DNA of 64,000 bases from Promethearchaeota archaeon (lineage in GTDB: Archaea; Asgardarchaeota; Lokiarchaeia; Sigyniarchaeales; SOKP01). A program made the translations under genes and the position numbers. Where the stretch lies: positions 110,080-174,079 of the forward strand of contig JAHPZE010000006.1 in NCBI GenBank assembly GCA_019058365.1, read 5' to 3'. Numbering within the stretch: the stretch's first letter is position 1; each line of letters opens with the position of its first letter. This document shows, piece after piece, positions 55,897 through 64,000 of the stretch. The notes beneath the pieces were generated by a model. It was not told the origin of the DNA. It did not search any database and saw nothing but the letters and a program-made list of their open reading frames with translations.

Positions 55897-57087
55897 CTAT
55901 TTATTTACTCCTATATCTAGTCTATCTAAAATTTCTAACAAGTCTATTACTTCAAAGCCCAAATTGTATTTTTCATTTGCATCTGACAAGTTTGTTCTAC
56001 AGAATGGACATATTGAAGATAATACAGATGCACCTGTTTCTTTAGCTTCTTCTAACCTTTCTTTTGAGACATCTACCGACCATTCTGGATATCCTATCTT
56101 CACGCCTCCTCCCGCTCCACAACACCAAGCGTTTTCTCTGTTTCGGCGCATCTCTACCAATTTAATTCCAGGAATTTTCTTATATACTTCTCTTGGGATC
56201 TCGTACATCCCCATATGGCGACCTAAGTGACAGGGATCATGATAAGTTACTGTTTTTTGAAATTCTGAATTGATAGAAATATTGTCTTCATCTAAAAGTT
56301 TCTTAATTAATTCAACGGTGTGATATACCTCAAATCCATAAACTGCATCTAACTTTAACCAATCTTTTTTTATAGTTCGATAGCAACCAGCACATGATGT
56401 TATCACTTTTTTAGCTCCAGTTCTATTAATCTGGTCAATATTATAGTTCATAAAATCTTTTACTGGTTTTGTTTGACCTGTTCGGAGTAATGGGCTACAG
56501 CAACAATGTTCATCAATCAAAGTAAAATTTATATTTGCTTTTTTAAGGAATCTTATAGTAGCATCTCTAAGGTCTTTTTGCCGATAATTAGAAGTGCACC
56601 CTATAAAGTAAACCCATTCTGCTTCATCTGGTAAATTATATTTCTCTTTTAACTGGGCATTATCTGAGTTTTGTTCTCCATATGGATTGAACATATTAGG
56701 ATTTTCTGTTCTTTCTAACAAAACTTTTTGCTTTTCGGGACAAAATCCATTTTCAACAGCTAGTGCTCTGCCAGCTTCAATAAAGTCAACTAAAAAATCT
56801 TTAAATCTATCAAACCTACAATTTTCAGTACAATTTCCACATGTACTACAAGCATATATTGCGTTAACTGCACCTTCATTCAATTTAATCTCACCACTTA
56901 AAATACCATAAATTAGCCATAGCCTGCCACCTGTGCTGTAAGTTTCAAATCTAAATTTCTTATAACTTGGGCAATTAAAATCGCTAAAATCTTCTGTAAA
57001 TTTACAATAACCACATCTAAAACATCGATGAACGATATCCTTCCAATCTTGTTTCTGTTCTAATGTCATTCTTATTTCACCTCCCAA
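55897..57087 (-). CDS. GlcF/HdrD-like Fe-S subunit (2x4Fe-4S plus two CCG domains)
   Basis: 396 aa. CFRCGYCKF, CSTCGNCTENC, EHCCCSP, NAWCCGAGGG, CPFCRT. Its start overlaps the stop of the upstream FAD-oxidase gene by 16 nt. Confidence 0.75.
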   Translation of the reverse strand: MGGEIRMTLEQKQDWKDIVHRCFRCGYCKFTEDFSDFNCPSYKKFRFETYSTGGRLWLIYGILSGEIKLNEGAVNAIYACSTCGNCTENCRFDRFKDFLVDFIEAGRALAVENGFCPEKQKVLLERTENPNMFNPYGEQNSDNAQLKEKYNLPDEAEWVYFIGCTSNYRQKDLRDATIRFLKKANINFTLIDEHCCCSPLLRTGQTKPVKDFMNYNIDQINRTGAKKVITSCAGCYRTIKKDWLKLDAVYGFEVYHTVELIKKLLDEDNISINSEFQKTVTYHDPCHLGRHMGMYEIPREVYKKIPGIKLVEMRRNRENAWCCGAGGGVKIGYPEWSVDVSKERLEEAKETGASVLSSICPFCRTNLSDANEKYNLGFEVIDLLEILDRLDIGVNK

Positions 57088-58442
57088 TTTCCTGGATTCA
57101 TTATTCCATTAGGATCTAAGGTATCTTTAAGCGTTTTTAATAATTTCTTATAATTCGGATCCATTTTTTCAAGAACTAATTGTTGTCCCGCGAATTCTAC
57201 TTTCCATGGAATTCCACCTAATTCTAAAGCAAGTTCATTCGTTTCATGAAGTGCATTTCTAGCATTTTCCATATCTTTTGGGTCTGCCCTGTTAAATGAA
57301 TAAGAAACGAAAAGAATAATTGTATGGGTTCCACTCATCAATCTTGATCCTATTGTCGGAGGAATCCCATATTTCCTTGAAATTTCAGCAGCTTTTAAAT
57401 ATGCTTCTGGAATTTTTTCAAGTGGCATAAAGGCACCAACATATTCAAAACCACCTCCCTTTCGATAATCTGCTGCACCTGCTGCAAAAATAGGTTTTTC
57501 CATGTAGATTTTCTGCATTTTATCAGGAGCGTTCATGAACCTAGCGTTATTTTTTCTGTAAATTTTCTTCAATAATTTGGCCTGTTGATCTATTTCTTCT
57601 TGAGTATCTCCAGTAATATACGTCATTACAAATATGTAACCTTTCATCCATTCTGGTTTATCTTGCATTCCCAAAAGCAAATCTTCTGTAAATCGTTGTG
57701 TAGTTATGTTTAAGAGAAGATTAGGTAAGTCTTTTGGATCCTTCAATAACCCAAAAATTATATCTCGGAATTTTGGTTTAGGATATAATTTTAAAGAAAG
57801 TTTTGTTATAATACCCATAGTCCCAAAGGAACTAATAAACATACCTATAAAGTCTGGAATTGGACCTCTACTAAACCAATAATTCGAAGTTGCACAAGAG
57901 CCTAATTTACAAATATCACCATTCGGAAGTACAACTTCTAAGCCATTAATCATCGCACCATGGTCTCCATACCTTTGAGATAGATATCCAGAACCATGAA
58001 TTAATACATTTCCTGCAACTGTAGCTGAAGGAGGTGCATCAGGAATAGGAGGTTGTAGATTAGGATACTGTTTATTCAAATGCGATAATAACTGACCTGT
58101 TGTAACTCCTGCTTCTATGAGTGCATAACGGCTTAATTCGTTTATTTCTATTATTTTATTCATCCGTTTCATATCTATAACTATTCCTCCTTTAATTGGA
58201 ATTATTAAGCCGCTTAAAGTTAATCCTCCACCCATGGGTACAAGAGGAATGTGTTCTTTATTTGCAAGTTCTACAATTTTCTGAACTTCCTCAACTTTAT
58301 TAGGCATTACTACAAAATTAACTGGCCTTGGTTCAGATGCTCCAGGATCTTGGGAATATATATAAAGATCTTCTTCCTTATTTGAAGCAAAATCTTGACC
58401 CACAATTTCTTCCAGATTTGTCATAATTTTATCTAAATTCAT
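57072..58442 (-). CDS. FAD-linked oxidase, GlcD / D-lactate dehydrogenase-like
   Basis: 456 aa. PCMH-type FAD-binding pattern (VVMPNKVEEVQKIV, PLVPMGGGLTLSG). Translationally coupled to the GlcF-like gene. Confidence 0.75.
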   Translation of the reverse strand: MNLDKIMTNLEEIVGQDFASNKEEDLYIYSQDPGASEPRPVNFVVMPNKVEEVQKIVELANKEHIPLVPMGGGLTLSGLIIPIKGGIVIDMKRMNKIIEINELSRYALIEAGVTTGQLLSHLNKQYPNLQPPIPDAPPSATVAGNVLIHGSGYLSQRYGDHGAMINGLEVVLPNGDICKLGSCATSNYWFSRGPIPDFIGMFISSFGTMGIITKLSLKLYPKPKFRDIIFGLLKDPKDLPNLLLNITTQRFTEDLLLGMQDKPEWMKGYIFVMTYITGDTQEEIDQQAKLLKKIYRKNNARFMNAPDKMQKIYMEKPIFAAGAADYRKGGGFEYVGAFMPLEKIPEAYLKAAEISRKYGIPPTIGSRLMSGTHTIILFVSYSFNRADPKDMENARNALHETNELALELGGIPWKVEFAGQQLVLEKMDPNYKKLLKTLKDTLDPNGIMNPGNWEVK

Positions 58443-58586
58443 TTAAAAATCTCCTAAATTTTATTCTTAATAATTAAAGAGTTCTTCTTATGATTATATA
58501 TAATTAATTACTAAATGATTTTGAATTAATAATTTATTAATTAAAGGAGATTAACATAAATATTACAATCAAAGAATCAAAGTAAA

Positions 58587-59594
58587 TTGAAAATGAATAT
58601 TGGAAGTATAGAAAGTGGAAAAATTATAATAAAAATAGTAGCATCTAATAGAACAAGTATGACTTTGCCAACCAACGAGAAATTCCAAGGAAAAGTTATC
58701 CAACCAGGGCATGATTCTTTTGCGACAATAGGTGAACATGGAATTGCAATGACTATTAAAATATTAGAAGGAAATTCAACCCATCTCATTTTATTTGACA
58801 CAGCAGGTTATATGCAAACGGTAATTAATAATCTTATACAATTTAAAATAAAATTAAATGAAATTGAAAAAATAATTATAAGCCATGGGCATTTGGATCA
58901 CTATGGGGCATTAATTCCAATAACCTCTGAATTGAAAGAAGGAAGTGAGATATATCTGAGCCCGATCTGCCTTGCAAAAGGTTATTATGCTAGAACGGAA
59001 TCTGGAAATGAAATACCTTCTGAAGATTTTGGCATATCATTAAGGAAATTAAAAAAAGAAAGGAAAATAAAATATTCTAGGAGAACACCTATTAATAGAA
59101 ATATTTTGTATAACCGAGCAATTGAAAATAATGTAAAAATTATTGAAACAACAAAACCTGATAAATTATACGAAGGAATAATAACAAGTGGAGAAATTGA
59201 GATTTTTGATAAAATGGAACTTCCAAAGGGATATTATTTAGGAAGAAGTAAGACAGAATATGAAAAACATACATTTCGAGAAGAAATTGCAGTATATGTA
59301 AATATTAAAGATAAAGGGTTAGTCGTCATTACCGGATGCAGTCATACGGGTATTATAAATATAATAAAACATGGTCAAAAATTAACTGGAATAGATAAAA
59401 TTTACGCTCTTATTGGCGGATTTCATAAAGAAAGGGAAAGCACTAAAGATATTGAAAAAGTTGTTTCTTTTATAGAGGATTTAAATCCAGAAATAACGTG
59501 TGGTATGCATTGTACGGGTTTTGATTTCAATAGAATTATGCATCGTCACCCCTCTCATGTAATGGGAATAATAGGAACAGAATTTCATTTATAA
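58587..59594 (+). CDS. MBL-fold metallo-hydrolase, COG1237 family
   Basis: 335 aa. LILFDTAG, IIISHGHLDHYGAL, VITGCSHTGIINI, LIGGFH, GMHCTG. Confidence 0.7.
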   Translation: MKMNIGSIESGKIIIKIVASNRTSMTLPTNEKFQGKVIQPGHDSFATIGEHGIAMTIKILEGNSTHLILFDTAGYMQTVINNLIQFKIKLNEIEKIIISHGHLDHYGALIPITSELKEGSEIYLSPICLAKGYYARTESGNEIPSEDFGISLRKLKKERKIKYSRRTPINRNILYNRAIENNVKIIETTKPDKLYEGIITSGEIEIFDKMELPKGYYLGRSKTEYEKHTFREEIAVYVNIKDKGLVVITGCSHTGIINIIKHGQKLTGIDKIYALIGGFHKERESTKDIEKVVSFIEDLNPEITCGMHCTGFDFNRIMHRHPSHVMGIIGTEFHL

Positions 59595-59620
59595 AAATAT
59601 CTCATATCGGAAATGAAAGA

Positions 59621-60406
59621 ATGAATAACGTTTTGCCCGAGATAAATCTGGAAACAATTAACTCTTATATTGAAAAAAATTTGGATGATTTTTATATAAA
59701 ATCTTCTGAACATCCCAACTTCAGTTCAAGTAAGGATGAAAAAATAAGTTGGGTTTTAGCTAAGAATGCTAATTGGCCAGATTGTATATTTAGAGCGGAT
59801 TTTGCATATTTAAATGTTAAAAAAGAAATTAATAATGTAAAAAAGCTAATTCAAAAAGGAAAAGCACCTAATGGTTGGACAGTTGGTCCATTGACAAAAC
59901 CTAATGATTTGGGTCCTTTGTTAGAGAAGTATGGTTTTTCTAATGTTTATCAGCAAGCAGGGATGGCTATAGAATTAAATGACATAGAGCAAATTGAAAT
60001 GAATAAAAATGATTTAATTATTAAAAAAGTAGAAAATGAGGAATCTTTAATCCAATGGTCAGAAGTTGTCTCAAAAGTTTTTGGTATAAAAGTAGATTTG
60101 GGTTTGCTAAAATACTTGCTTTTACAAGAAGAATCTCACTTTTATTTAGGAAAAGTTAAAGAAAATCCGGTTTCAACACTAATGTTGTATCTTTCTTCTG
60201 GAGTAGCAGGACTTCACGCTGTGTCTACATTACCTGAATATCGAAGTAAAGGATTCGGACTTGCTATAAGCAGATCAGCTCTAATTGATGCCTTTAACAT
60301 GGGTTATTATGTTGGGGTGCTTCAAGCGTCATCATTAGGTGAAACAGTTTATAGAAAATTAGGATTTCAAAAATATTGCGATTTTAAATCCTATGCTTTA
60401 GAATAA
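59621..60406 (+). CDS. GNAT-family N-acetyltransferase
   Basis: 261 aa. The C-terminal half has the acetyl-CoA motif TLPEYRSKGFGLAISRSAL. Confidence 0.7.
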   Translation: MNNVLPEINLETINSYIEKNLDDFYIKSSEHPNFSSSKDEKISWVLAKNANWPDCIFRADFAYLNVKKEINNVKKLIQKGKAPNGWTVGPLTKPNDLGPLLEKYGFSNVYQQAGMAIELNDIEQIEMNKNDLIIKKVENEESLIQWSEVVSKVFGIKVDLGLLKYLLLQEESHFYLGKVKENPVSTLMLYLSSGVAGLHAVSTLPEYRSKGFGLAISRSALIDAFNMGYYVGVLQASSLGETVYRKLGFQKYCDFKSYALE

Positions 60407-60433
60407 GGTAAGTTAAACCCTATGAAACAAAAA

Positions 60434-60441
60434 TTTATATA
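60434..60441 (+). promoter_or_regulatory. TATA-box-like element upstream of the RNase P RNA
   Basis: TTTATATA ends 23 nt upstream of the predicted RNA 5' end (centre about -26), preceded by an A-rich BRE-like stretch. AT-rich background lowers specificity. Confidence 0.4.
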
Positions 60442-60463
60442 CTAATTTTACTTTTTTAAAAAA

Positions 60464-60793
60464 GAGACGAGTGAGATTTGGAGCTAACGGACCCATTGAG
60501 GAACCGAGGAACCTCACCCCACTCTCCAAGCAAGGTGTAGGCAACTACTACGATGAGAATCGTAATTTAGCAACTGAAACGACACTGCCTTCTTACGCAT
60601 ATTAATGACTTGGATATAAGCCAGAGAAATTGTAGGAAGGAATGGTTGGAACGAGCTAAAACCTTGGTGCAAGGCCAAATGAAAGCGATAATGTACTTGG
60701 AGCTAGCTTTAGGTAGGCCGCTTAGTTGGATGCTCCACCTGTATCTGGTGACGGGTACAGTACAGAAGGGTGGGTATAAATCTCAAGCGTCTC
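60464..60793 (+). ncRNA. rnpB: RNase P RNA
   Basis: ~330-nt GC-rich island in AT-rich DNA. Terminal P1 pairing GAGACGAGTGAGATTT / AAATCTCAAGCGTCTC. Blocks match universally conserved RNase P regions (compared with E. coli M1 RNA from memory): GCAAGGCCAAAT, GGTAGGCCGCTTAG (cf GGUAGGCUGCUUGAG), ACAGAAGGGTGGGTATA (cf ACAGAACCCGGCUUAUC), AGCAACTGAAACGACACTGCC (cf GUGCAACAGAGAGCAAACCGCC). Confidence 0.88.
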
Positions 60794-60988
60794 TTTTAAT
60801 ACTATACTTAGTAATATGCAAATATTTAAATATATAAAAGTTCTATTTATTTTGAAAGATTTCATTATAGCCATTCAAATAAAAGATAGAGGAACATTTC
60901 TATAAATGTCAAATATTTTAAGTGTTTCTTTAGTTCATGTAACATCTTATATAATGTATCATGTTAACAAAAAGATCAAAAGGAGTTT

Positions 60989-61507
60989 ATGTATATGAAA
61001 TATAAGAAATATGTCGTATTAGGCAGTGTTTTAGCACTCGTAAGCATTTTTATAGCATTCCCAACTAGAGTTGCTGCTGCTAATGAGATAGACTTACCAG
61101 CTGACTATTTTGTGACGATATCTGGTTCAATGCAAAATAATGATTACCTTTATTGGGAATTTACTTCAACACTGACGGATATAAAGGTTATGATACTAAA
61201 TAATTATGAATATAATTATTTAATAGATAATGATATATTATTAACTACTATAACTATATTAAGTAATAATATGCGATCCGATTCTGGGTGGTGGAGGCCT
61301 CCATATTCCGATACGTGGCATTTAATTTTCGAGAATGTCGGAAGTTTTCTGACACACTTAACCTATAATGGTAAAAAAGATGATAATTATTTTTCAAAAA
61401 TTATCCTTCCTAATGATTTAATAATTGGATACATTGGGTTTTTTATAGTACTAGGGATTGGTAGTATTACATTGGGCATACAGCATTCTAAATTAAAACG
61501 AGTATAA
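60989..61507 (+). CDS. Secreted, C-terminally membrane-anchored protein of unknown function
   Basis: 172 aa. Signal peptide (VLGSVLALVSIFIAFPTRVAAA), a ~110-aa beta-rich ectodomain, a C-terminal TM and a short basic tail (KLKRV). Confidence 0.6.
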   Translation: MYMKYKKYVVLGSVLALVSIFIAFPTRVAAANEIDLPADYFVTISGSMQNNDYLYWEFTSTLTDIKVMILNNYEYNYLIDNDILLTTITILSNNMRSDSGWWRPPYSDTWHLIFENVGSFLTHLTYNGKKDDNYFSKIILPNDLIIGYIGFFIVLGIGSITLGIQHSKLKRV

Positions 61508-61722
61508 AATTCTATTTTGAATCTTCTATTTTTTTTAATTATCTTAAAAAATCTGTTTCTATAAAAATTACCTGAGTAAAAAACAATAAAAAATAAATAA
61601 ATTCTTATTAAATACGAATTTTGGCTCGTTTATTGTGAATTTTTTATATTTATCAATTGAATTAAAATTGTCATCTTCTTCAAATCATAAGTTTTAAATA
61701 AAGAACAGTATAATATTTTTTC

Positions 61723-63018
61723 ATGGGCTATAAAGATATCCTTGTTATCAAGGAAAAAGAAAATAGAGATTTTTTGCTATTTATTATTTTGTTAACAATC
61801 GCCTCAATATTAACTCAATTTGAATTTCATTCAGGTTTGTGGTGGAGAGGAGCAGAACTATTAACTTATGTTTCGAGTTCATTAATAATTTACTTTGTAT
61901 TTTCCTTTATTTTAAGAGATAAATTACAAAAGTATTCCTTTTTTATAATTCCTCTGTGTTGGGTTTTATCATATCCATTTAATTTTTTCCTAACGCAAAC
62001 AATTATTGGCGATTGGATATGGATCTTTTTAACTGTTTTTACTCTATTTTATTGGATTTTTATTACTGCAGCATTTTCGATGAATGATACCTACAATAGT
62101 GCGGTAAAATGGGATGAAAAAATTGGAGGAGGATTAAAATCTTCTAAAAATATATTAAGATGGATTTTATTCTTTGGAGGAACAGCCGTTTCTATAGTAC
62201 TTTTATATATAAGTACCATTCTTATATTAGATTTTCAATATCATTCACTCGGATTTAAGTCAATAATTCTCTCGATCAACTTTTTTATGATATTGTATAT
62301 AAGCCTCTTTTTTGGTATTAGTATAATAGCATTATTTTTTCATAAATCGTATCTATGGTTCGGTATGTATTTTCTCTTTGTTTCTATTTATGCTATTAAA
62401 TTAATGATAGATTTTGGTAGATATGAATACACAGTTGGAAGCGAAATTCTCGGTTTAGAAATTTTCTCAATGGTCTTCAGTATATATTTATTACTTACTA
62501 CTTTTGGTGATTTTATGGGTGAAAAATCCGATATAATAGCAAGTAAATTGAGAATTGCTAGACCAAGAACATTATCAATTTGGTTAATTTATTCTTTAGC
62601 TGAGACATTATATGCGCCAGATCTAATTGGAGATTTTGAGCTGTGGATGTTAGGTTATCTTTATCCATTCTTTGTCGGTGTGTTTGGATTCTATGCAATC
62701 TATGTGTATAATAAAAAATCTAAATTGAAAAAAAAAGAATTAAATGATTATATAGTAACTTATGAATCTGAGAAACCTAAAATTGAAACTGAGCAAAAAA
62801 AGGTATCTAAGGAGGAAAAAAAATTATTAAAGGTGAGGAAAAGCATAGAAAAGAAATTAGAATTTGTTGATTATTCAATTAAGAATAATAATGTAGAAAC
62901 AGCACTTAAAAATTTACGAAAAATTAAAGAAGAAGCTGAAAAACATGAATTATTAGATTTACTTCTCAAAATAGAAGAAAAAATCGAATATTGCAAAAAA
63001 GAAATTTCTAAAATATAA
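61723..63018 (+). CDS. Polytopic membrane protein with a cytoplasmic helical tail related to the TIR receptor's juxtamembrane module
   Basis: 431 aa, about 10 TM helices. The tail EKKLLKVRKSIEKKLEFVDYSIKNNNVETALKNLRKIKEEAEKHELLDLLLKIEEKIEYCKKE aligns with residues after the TM of the 1269-aa protein. Confidence 0.65.
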   Translation: MGYKDILVIKEKENRDFLLFIILLTIASILTQFEFHSGLWWRGAELLTYVSSSLIIYFVFSFILRDKLQKYSFFIIPLCWVLSYPFNFFLTQTIIGDWIWIFLTVFTLFYWIFITAAFSMNDTYNSAVKWDEKIGGGLKSSKNILRWILFFGGTAVSIVLLYISTILILDFQYHSLGFKSIILSINFFMILYISLFFGISIIALFFHKSYLWFGMYFLFVSIYAIKLMIDFGRYEYTVGSEILGLEIFSMVFSIYLLLTTFGDFMGEKSDIIASKLRIARPRTLSIWLIYSLAETLYAPDLIGDFELWMLGYLYPFFVGVFGFYAIYVYNKKSKLKKKELNDYIVTYESEKPKIETEQKKVSKEEKKLLKVRKSIEKKLEFVDYSIKNNNVETALKNLRKIKEEAEKHELLDLLLKIEEKIEYCKKEISKI

Positions 63019-63086
63019 AACATAATCTATTTATAATTATTAATTAAAAAATTATAACAAATTTAAAATACTCGAAGTGAAACTTA

Positions 63087-63383
63087 ATGGAAAATAATAC
63101 AAAAACAAGCTGGACATTATTTATTTTAATCTTTATTGGTCTTTGGATACTTTTTTTTGTAATTGGCTTTTTTGTGTTTAATACCAACGATTTAGATAAA
63201 TTAAGTGCAAGAGTATTATATTACGGATTGTTTATGGTTTTAATCACATATTACAGTGCTAGAAGATACAATAAAACCGTTTCTCATCTTTCTTATCTCT
63301 TTTTAGATCTCCTACTTATAGCCTTAGCATTTGTTATATTTCTTGGTTTGAAGTATTATACCTCTATAGCAGGAGTATATTAA
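63087..63383 (+). CDS. Small membrane protein (3 TM)
   Basis: 98-aa ORF with three hydrophobic helices. Confidence 0.5.
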   Translation: MENNTKTSWTLFILIFIGLWILFFVIGFFVFNTNDLDKLSARVLYYGLFMVLITYYSARRYNKTVSHLSYLFLDLLLIALAFVIFLGLKYYTSIAGVY

Positions 63384-63500
63384 TATTCATAAGAAAATTT
63401 GAGCATCTGTAATTATTTTCTCTAATTTTTTATATCAAAGAATCTTAACCATTTCTATTGACAATATTGTTGTATCAAGTTTATATATATAAGGATAATA

Positions 63501-64000
63501 ATGATTATTATGAAATCTTACAAAAAATATATATCAATTTTTACGGTTTTGACGCTAGTTCTTCTCTTCAGCGCTACTATTACGAGAGTTAGCAAGATTA
63601 ACTTAAATTCCAAATTAGATAAACAAAAAGATTCAGATGTAAACTATAAACACGATGATTTTTTAGGTAATCTCCATACGAGTCAAGCGGAAGATGTTTA
63701 TGAAGAGAATGATATTCGTACTTCAGCTTATGACCTCACATTATACGAAAATACATGGTTGAGCACTATTGGTGGTTTTGGAGTCCAGAAAGATGATGAC
63801 TGGTATGAAATTGAGATTACCACTGGATATCTTCGATTGGTGGTACACCTCCTTTTTTATGACAACGAAGGTGATATAGACATTAGTGTTTACAACAGTG
63901 TTGGGACGTGGGTAACTGGGAAGACTTCGACAACAGATAATGAATACATCGATTATACTCTTCCATCATCCGGGACGTATTACCTAAGGATTTATTATGG
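63501..64000 (+). CDS. Secreted protein with a pre-peptidase C-terminal (PPC)-like domain, 3'-truncated by the window end
   Basis: Not in the ORF track because it runs off the window. Hand translation gives MIIMKSYKKYISIFTVLTLVLLFSATITRV (signal), then EDVYEENDIRTSAYDL...DDDWYEIEIT...GDIDISVYNSVG...SGTYYLRIYYG, the PPC/collagenase-type pattern. Confidence 0.6.
   Translation, partial: MIIMKSYKKYISIFTVLTLVLLFSATITRVSKINLNSKLDKQKDSDVNYKHDDFLGNLHTSQAEDVYEENDIRTSAYDLTLYENTWLSTIGGFGVQKDDDWYEIEITTGYLRLVVHLLFYDNEGDIDISVYNSVGTWVTGKTSTTDNEYIDYTLPSSGTYYLRIYY

Noticed and set aside
60610-60837. 75-aa ORF in the ORF track
   Set aside because: It lies entirely within or over the 3' half of the RNase P RNA. 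Its high GC content comes from RNA structure, and it has no protein-like motif.
60989-61507. GOLD/p24 (emp24)-like cargo-receptor interpretation of the 172-aa protein with a signal peptide and C-terminal anchor
   Set aside because: The topology and size are reminiscent of p24 proteins and there is a W.LIFEN-type strand. The conserved disulfide Cys pair and coiled-coil segment are missing, so the evidence is too thin.
1-64000. CRISPR arrays, rRNA, tRNA, IS elements
   Set aside because: I scanned for regularly spaced direct repeats and for GC-rich islands, which would stand out in this AT-rich DNA. The only islands are the RNase P RNA and the weak 4757-4904 patch. Nothing has tRNA cloverleaf or T-loop features, and there are no repeat-spacer arrays.

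Overview
AT-rich (about 30% GC by eye) archaeal chromosomal segment. Archaeal hallmarks are Orc1/Cdc6, a XerA-type recombinase, HdrABC modules, a CDP-alcohol phosphatidyltransferase, a membrane pyrophosphatase and an RNase P RNA. A Ras/Rab-like small GTPase, a gelsolin-domain protein, HEAT-repeat, Tubby/LOR-like and vWA plus cross-brace zinc-finger proteins suggest an Asgard (Lokiarchaeia-like) genome; this is inference, not a database hit. I support about 55 protein genes, one RNase P RNA (60464-60793, hidden under a spurious ORF) and two gene-tail pseudogene fragments. I saw no rRNA, tRNA, CRISPR array or IS element. Core functions include: hdrCB and hdrA-mvhD; HdrD/GlcF-like and GlcD-like oxidoreductases; fbaB, purA and abfD; tldD/pmbA; PiT with its DUF47 partner; hppA and trxB. 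Best candidates for something new: (1) a 1269-aa single-pass membrane protein with an extracellular PBP1/ANF-receptor-like sensor, 3 FN3-like repeats, a beta-helix, a TM segment and a cytoplasmic TIR domain, i.e. a Toll-like-receptor-style layout in an archaeon; (2) a same-strand cluster of a gamma-class N6-adenine DNA methyltransferase with no nuclease domain, a Ras-like small GTPase and an RNase Z/PhnP-like MBL hydrolase, which could be an R-M-like or signalling module; (3) tandem paralogs combining a MIDAS-less vWA-like domain, a C4HC3 (PHD/RING-CH-like) finger and a C-terminal zinc ribbon; (4) a gelsolin-domain protein with a C-terminal SAP/HeH-like motif. All domain calls come from motif recognition by eye and need profile or structure searches to confirm.
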